Shown here one piece after another: positions 59,442 through 64,000 of a DNA stretch of 64,000 bases. The DNA lies in the NCBI GenBank assembly GCA_963745295.1, contig CAVUWG010000003.1:259537-323536 (forward strand), in the 5' to 3' direction. Position 1 is the stretch's first letter. The number at the start of each line of letters is the position of its first letter. A program made the translations under genes and the position numbers. This DNA is from an uncultured Chloroflexia bacterium (GTDB lineage Bacteria; Chloroflexota; Limnocylindria; Limnocylindrales; CSP1-4). Below the pieces are notes generated by a model. It was not told where the DNA came from and did not search any database. It saw nothing but the letters and a program-made list of their open reading frames with translations.

Positions 59442-60194
59442 ATGTCCAGCGTCCAGTCCATCAGGCGGGCTTTCGACGTCCTTGGCGCGCTCGCCGGCGG
59501 GCCGCTCGGGGTCACCGAGGTGGCCGACCGGGCAGGGCTGCCGAAGTCGACCGCGGCGCGGCTGCTGGCGACGCTGGCGCGCGAAGGGGCCGTCGAGCAG
59601 ATCCCGGGCGACACGGGCTATCGACTCGGACCACGTCTCGCGACCCTCGCCGCGGGCCTGACCCCGGTTCGCTCATTGGCGGCGTTGGCGCACCTCGCGC
59701 TGACCGAGCTGGCCGAGACGGCCGGTGAGGCCGCCGGCCTGGCGGTCCCCGACGGCGACCTCGTCCACTACATCGAACAGGTCGACACGCCCAACCCGGT
59801 CTCGGTCCGCGACTGGACGGGCAACCGGGTGCCGCTCCACGCGGTCTCGTCGGGCCAGGTCCTCCTGGCGTTCCGGCCGCCGGCCGCGGTCGATCGCTAC
59901 CTCGAGCGGCCGCTCGAGCGGTTCACGCCGCGCACCCTCGTCGACGAGGCCGCACTTCGCGAGCGGCTGCGCGTCATCCGCCACGACGGCTATTCCTGGG
60001 TCTGCGAGGAATTCGACGAGGGCATCAACTCGGTCGCGGCGCCGATCTCGGACGCCTCGGGCGAGGTGATCGCCGCGGTCCACCTGCACGGGCCGTCGTA
60101 CCAATTCCCGGCCGCCGGCACGGACGCTGCGGTGGCCGAGCGGGTGGTGGCGGCCGCGGCCCGCATCTCGCGGACTCTGCGCCGGGCGGTCTAG
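59442..60194 (+). CDS. IclR family transcriptional regulator
   Basis: MSSVQSIRRAFDVLGALAGGPLGVTEVADRAGLPKSTAARLLATLAREGAVEQ... is the HTH. The C-terminal effector domain includes ..NSVAAPI.D..G.VIAAV. ATG 59442 follows GAGGAGG. Confidence 0.88.
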   Translation: MSSVQSIRRAFDVLGALAGGPLGVTEVADRAGLPKSTAARLLATLAREGAVEQIPGDTGYRLGPRLATLAAGLTPVRSLAALAHLALTELAETAGEAAGLAVPDGDLVHYIEQVDTPNPVSVRDWTGNRVPLHAVSSGQVLLAFRPPAAVDRYLERPLERFTPRTLVDEAALRERLRVIRHDGYSWVCEEFDEGINSVAAPISDASGEVIAAVHLHGPSYQFPAAGTDAAVAERVVAAAARISRTLRRAV

Positions 60195-60554
60195 CCGGAC
60201 GTCCGGCCGGGGACCCGTCGCGGGGCCCGCAATTCCTGTCATCCGACACTGGGGCGACCATTCGTCACCAGCGCGAGCCGGCGGGGCCCGGGCGCGTGCG
60301 GGTGGGGCCGGCGCTGCGCGTCGCCAACAACCTTATTGCAACCCCTGTGCAGTGACATTACACTTCCACAACGATGCTGGACCTTCGGAGGTGACTCCCG
60401 ACTTGGGAGCTGAGAGGCGCATCCCATGCGGCGGGTCGGGCCGCGGACGAAGCGCGCAGACGCCCCGAACCTCAGACACGGCGCCCCCGATGGATCGGCT
60501 GTGGACGACCTGTCCTCCGCGGCCGGGAAGCACGGTTGCAGTGGAGGAGCTAGC

Positions 60555-61893
60555 GTGAACGAACGATCGAGGATGCGGCGTACCGGTGCCGCGACAGCAG
60601 TCCTGGTCCTCCTGGTGGCGGCATGCAACCAGGGAGCGACGACGAGCCCGAGTGGGACGAGTCCGGCCGCACCGACCTCGTCGCCGGCCGCATCGGCCGT
60701 TGCCGGCTCGCCGTCCCCTGCGGCCCCCACCGGTGAACCGATCGTCGTCGGGTCCACGCTGTCGCTGACCGGCGCCTTCGCGGCGACGGGGGCGATCCAC
60801 AAGATCGTCGGAGAGCAGTTCGTCGCACGCCTGAACGCGAACGGCGGGCTGCTCGGCCGACCGGTCGAATGGACCGTCGTGGACGACGAATCCGACCAGG
60901 CCAAGGTCTCGCAGCTCTACGAGCGACTGATCTCGCAGGATGGCGTTGACCTGATCATGGGCCCGTACGCGACGCCGAACATCCTGTCGGCCATGGCCGT
61001 GGCCGAGCGCAATGGGTTCGTCCTGCCTCAGCACACGGCGGTCATCGCCCCCCTGCTGACCTACGACTGCCAGTTCCCCGCGTGGTCGATCGGCTACGAG
61101 CCCAACGTCTACGTCCCGACCCAGCTGTACGAGGCCGTCGCGACGTTGCCGGTCCCGCCGAAGACCATCGCGTTCGCGACCAACCAGAACGGCTCGACCG
61201 ACTTCATCACCCGCGGCCTCCCGGACGACGAGACCGACCCCGACGCGCGATCCATCGCCCGTGAGAAGGGACTCGAGATCGTCGCCGACATCCCGTACCC
61301 GCCCGGAACGACGGAGTGGGCGCCGATCGCGACGCAGCTGCAGGCGGCGAATCCCGACCTGATCATGCACAACAGCCTCGGTGTCGACACCGTCGGGCTG
61401 ATCCAGGCGATGAAACAACTCGGCTACGATCCGCCACTCGTCTTCAGCCTGTTCCCGGCGCCCGGTCCGCTGCTCGGGCTCGGGGCCGATGCCGAAGAGC
61501 GTGCTGTCGGTCTCGATCTTCGAACCCAACGATGCGATCCTCGCGATGTACGGGCCGGAAGTCACGGAGATCGTGAACGACTACGAGGCGGCGGCCACCG
61601 CGGCAGGGCTCCCGTACACCGTCTTCGAGACGCAGGCGACGGCATCATGGAACGCGTGGGAGATCCTGGTCGCCGGTGTCGTCGGCGCCGGCAACCTCGA
61701 GCACGAGGCGATATGCGCCGCCCTTCATGCGAACGGCGCCAAGACGACGTTCAGTGGCGACCTGACCTTCGATCCCGCCCTGAACAACTTCTGGCCGAGC
61801 AACCAGGGTCTGAAGCAGATCCAGGCGGCCGACTGGCTCATGGTCTATCCACCGGACCGAGCGGCCGGCACGATCAAGCCGGCCGGCAGCTGA
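60555..61893 (+). pseudogene. ABC transporter substrate-binding lipoprotein, Leu/Ile/Val-binding (type 1 PBP) family, one frameshift as sequenced
   Basis: GTG 60555 follows GGAGGAG. RMRRTGAATAVLVLLVAAC has a lipobox. ..IVVGSTLSLTGAFAATGA...NANGGLLGRPVEWTVVDDESD. After a junction near 61490 it continues in the ORF 61489-61893 frame (..VLSVSIFEPN...). Confidence 0.8.
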
Positions 61894-61942
61894 ACGACGT
61901 TCCGGGACGAGGCGCGGGTCACCACCCGCGCCTCGTCAGGCC

Positions 61943-62819
61943 GTGACCGCCCAGATCATCCTCCAGGCCGGGATCGCCGGGGCCCTGACCGGCGGCCTGT
62001 ACGCCCTCATGGCTGCTCGGCCTGTCGCTGACGTGGGGGATGCTCCGGGTCATCAACCTGACCCACTTCGCCTTGATCCTGGCCGGTGGCTATCTCACCT
62101 TCGAACTCGCGACCCGGTTCGGGATCGATCCGTTGCTCACGCTCGTCGTCACCGCGCCCCTCCTGTTCGTCGCGGGCGCGGCGCTGCAGTGGGCGTTCGA
62201 CCGGTTCGGCCTGACCGAGTTCAACTCACTCCTCGTGACGTTCGGCCTGCTGATCGTCGTCGTCCAGCTCGTCTCGAACTACTGGAGCGCCGACTTCCAG
62301 CGCATGACCGCGGATGTGAACCCGTACGCGACCCAGTCGCTCCGGCTCGGCCCGTTCGCGTTTCCGACTCCCAGGCTCCTCGCCTTCATCGCCGCAGTCG
62401 TCCTCGTCGGCGGGGCCCATCTCTGGCTGCAGCGAACGTATCCGGGGAGGGCGCTGCGTGCGTTCGCCCAGGATCGGACGATCGCGGCGGCCTTCGGGAT
62501 CGATCACGTCCGACTCGGCGCCGTGCTGGGCGGGGTCGCCGGCGCCACGGCGGCGGTGGCCGGGACGCTCATCGCGGTCGATCGCCCCCTGACGCCGTCA
62601 AGCCCGTTCGAGTGGTTCGGGATCGTCTTCGCGGTGGTGATCCTCGGCGGGATCGGCAATGCCGTCGGAACCCTGCTGGCCGGCGTCGTCGTCGGTGCGC
62701 TCGCGGGCGTCGTCTCGGCCGCATGGTCGCCGTTGGCAGCTCCTCTCGTCATCTTCTCGCTGATCATCGTCGCGCTCATCGTTCGACCTCGCGGGATCTT
62801 CAGCCGGGGCGGGACATGA
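61943..62819 (+). pseudogene. livH: branched-chain-type ABC transporter permease (LivH family), one frameshift as sequenced
   Basis: GTG 61943 VTAQIILQAGIAGALTGGLYALMA, then a junction near 62010. It continues GLSLTWGMLRVINLTHFAL... in the ORF 62040-62819 frame. Confidence 0.8.
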
Positions 62820-64000
62820 CCCTCATGCGCGGACTCTTGGGGTTCGCGCTCCTGTTCGCCGGCCTGGCGCTGCTGCCGACCATCCGCGAGCCCTTCGGCA
62901 TCCCGGTCTCCTACCTCGTCTTCCTTGGCGTGATCTGGTTCTGGGTCGCCCAGGCCACGAGCTGGAACATCCTGTCGGGCTACAGCGGATATTTCAGCTT
63001 CGGCCAGGCGGCGTTCCTCGCGGTCGGGGCCTACACGACGGCTGTGCTCTTCGGCCGGCACGGGGTCGACTTCTTCCTGACGATCCCGATCGCCGGTCTT
63101 CTGTCGCTGCTCCTCGCCCTGGCGATCGGGGCGCTGGCGTTTCGCCTTCGCTCACTTCGGGGCGAGATCTTCGCCCTCCTGACGCTCGCGGTCCCATTCG
63201 TCCTCGAGTCGGTCATCCTGATCAGCCCTGCGATCGATGGCGGCCAGGGGATCGTCATCCCGCTGCCCGGGTATCCCGACGTCATCGGGAGCTTCCAGGA
63301 TCTCGTCTACCTGCTCTTCCTGGCCGTCGGCGTCGGGGCGCTAGCGACCGCCTTCGCGACGCAGCATTCGCGCCTGGGCTGGGGCCTCTTCGCGATCCAC
63401 GACGCCGAGGATGTGGCCGAGGGTCTCGGCGTGCCGACGTTCCGTCAGAAGATGGTCGCGATCGGCCTGAACGGGCTGATCGGGGGGATCGGCGGCAGCA
63501 TCTTCGCCCTGCAGATCGGGTTCGTCGCGGTCCAGTCGGTGTTCGGGTTGACCGTGCCGTTGTTCGTGATCGTGATGAGCGTCCTCGGCGGCCGCAGCCA
63601 CTGGCTCGGTCCACTCATCGGGGCGGTCGTCATCGTCACGCTTCAGGACCGCCTGTCGGCGTCGGGGTTCGAAGGCTGGAGCCTGGTGATCCTCGGCACG
63701 ATCCTCGCCGTCCTGGTCATCGTCGCCCCGGAGGGCCTGTATGCCCGCTTGCGTCGGCGACCCCGGCCCGTCGTCGCCGCGTTGATCGCGCCGGTCGTGG
63801 TGCTCGCGGTCCTGGATGCCTGGGGAGAGCCGCTCGACTGGGTCCTTGTCGGGATGGCGGCCGGTGCGCTCGTGGCGCTCACCCCGACGATCCGCCGCGG
63901 GCCGATCGACCCCGACGCCGTCCTCGGCTTCGCACCGGATGCGTCGGTCCTGTCTCCGCTCGACCTCGTCCCGGTGACGCCGTCGCCGGCGAGCCACGCC
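62816..64000 (+). CDS. livM: branched-chain-type ABC transporter permease (LivM family), 3' end beyond the window
   Basis: ATG 62816 overlaps the livH stop (ATGA). My own translation: MTLMRGLLGFALLFAGLALLP...SWNILSGYSGYFSFGQAAFLAVGAYT...GLFAIHDAEDVAEGLGVPTFRQKMVA...VIVMSVLGGRSHWLGPLIGAV. Open to position 64000; not in the supplied ORF track because it has no stop. Confidence 0.8.
   Translation, partial: MTLMRGLLGFALLFAGLALLPTIREPFGIPVSYLVFLGVIWFWVAQATSWNILSGYSGYFSFGQAAFLAVGAYTTAVLFGRHGVDFFLTIPIAGLLSLLLALAIGALAFRLRSLRGEIFALLTLAVPFVLESVILISPAIDGGQGIVIPLPGYPDVIGSFQDLVYLLFLAVGVGALATAFATQHSRLGWGLFAIHDAEDVAEGLGVPTFRQKMVAIGLNGLIGGIGGSIFALQIGFVAVQSVFGLTVPLFVIVMSVLGGRSHWLGPLIGAVVIVTLQDRLSASGFEGWSLVILGTILAVLVIVAPEGLYARLRRRPRPVVAALIAPVVVLAVLDAWGEPLDWVLVGMAAGALVALTPTIRRGPIDPDAVLGFAPDASVLSPLDLVPVTPSPASHA

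Noticed and set aside
60195-60554. Minus-strand ORFs 60239-60904 and 60333-61565 in and beyond the iclR-SBP spacer
   Set aside because: Their composition is Arg/Pro/Gly-rich and motif-free. They are antisense to the clearly coding substrate-binding protein. The spacer is better explained as a promoter/operator region.

Overview
This is a 64-kb, very GC-rich bacterial chromosomal segment (third codon positions are almost always G/C; not computed). The gene content looks like a high-GC Gram-positive, Actinomycetota-like: a CysO/CysM/Mec cysteine route, polyphosphate glucokinase, a Tap-type tripeptidyl aminopeptidase and NlpC/P60. I can support about 66 protein-coding loci. They are tightly packed, with many 1-4 nt start/stop overlaps. 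I saw no rRNA, tRNA, CRISPR array, transposase or integrase.

Blocks from left to right:
- a LON-domain protein and a membrane GGDEF cyclase
- a phenylacetyl-CoA epoxidase/beta-oxidation cluster (thiolase, paaH, paaDCBA, paaG, paaF-like)
- a GNAT acetyltransferase and fumC
- a PadR-Rieske operon
- an amine uptake/gamma-glutamylation module (APC permease, GlnA-like ligase, SDR, ppgK, aldehyde dehydrogenase), interrupted by an ankyrin/MarR pair
- NUDIX, HxlR and HtrA genes
- purEK
- a KamB/NpmA-like 16S rRNA methyltransferase relic
- a nucleoside hydrolase plus an ECF transporter
- a Tap peptidase
- a phospholipid operon (CDP-alcohol transferase, cdsA, plsC)
- a sulfur block (Rrf2-sufC-sufS-[orphan lipoprotein]-sufU-moeZ-cysO-cysM-mec)
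- NlpC/P60
- a 737-aa vWA/DUF11 surface protein
- a seven-gene corrinoid-dependent methyltransferase operon built around a non-pyrrolysine MttB homologue with MTHFR, under a divergent IclR regulator and next to a Liv-type ABC importer

Most notable observations:
1. The corrinoid methyl-transfer operon, whose substrate is unknown.
2. At least 15 genes are broken by frameshifts only. Manual stitching gives about 35 indels, 21 of them inside 17.7-23.8 kb, while neighbouring genes up to 2.2 kb are intact.
3. The SUF cluster has no sufB/sufD and is split by a compositionally odd lipoprotein gene.

All calls come from reading the translations and DNA by eye. No searches were run.
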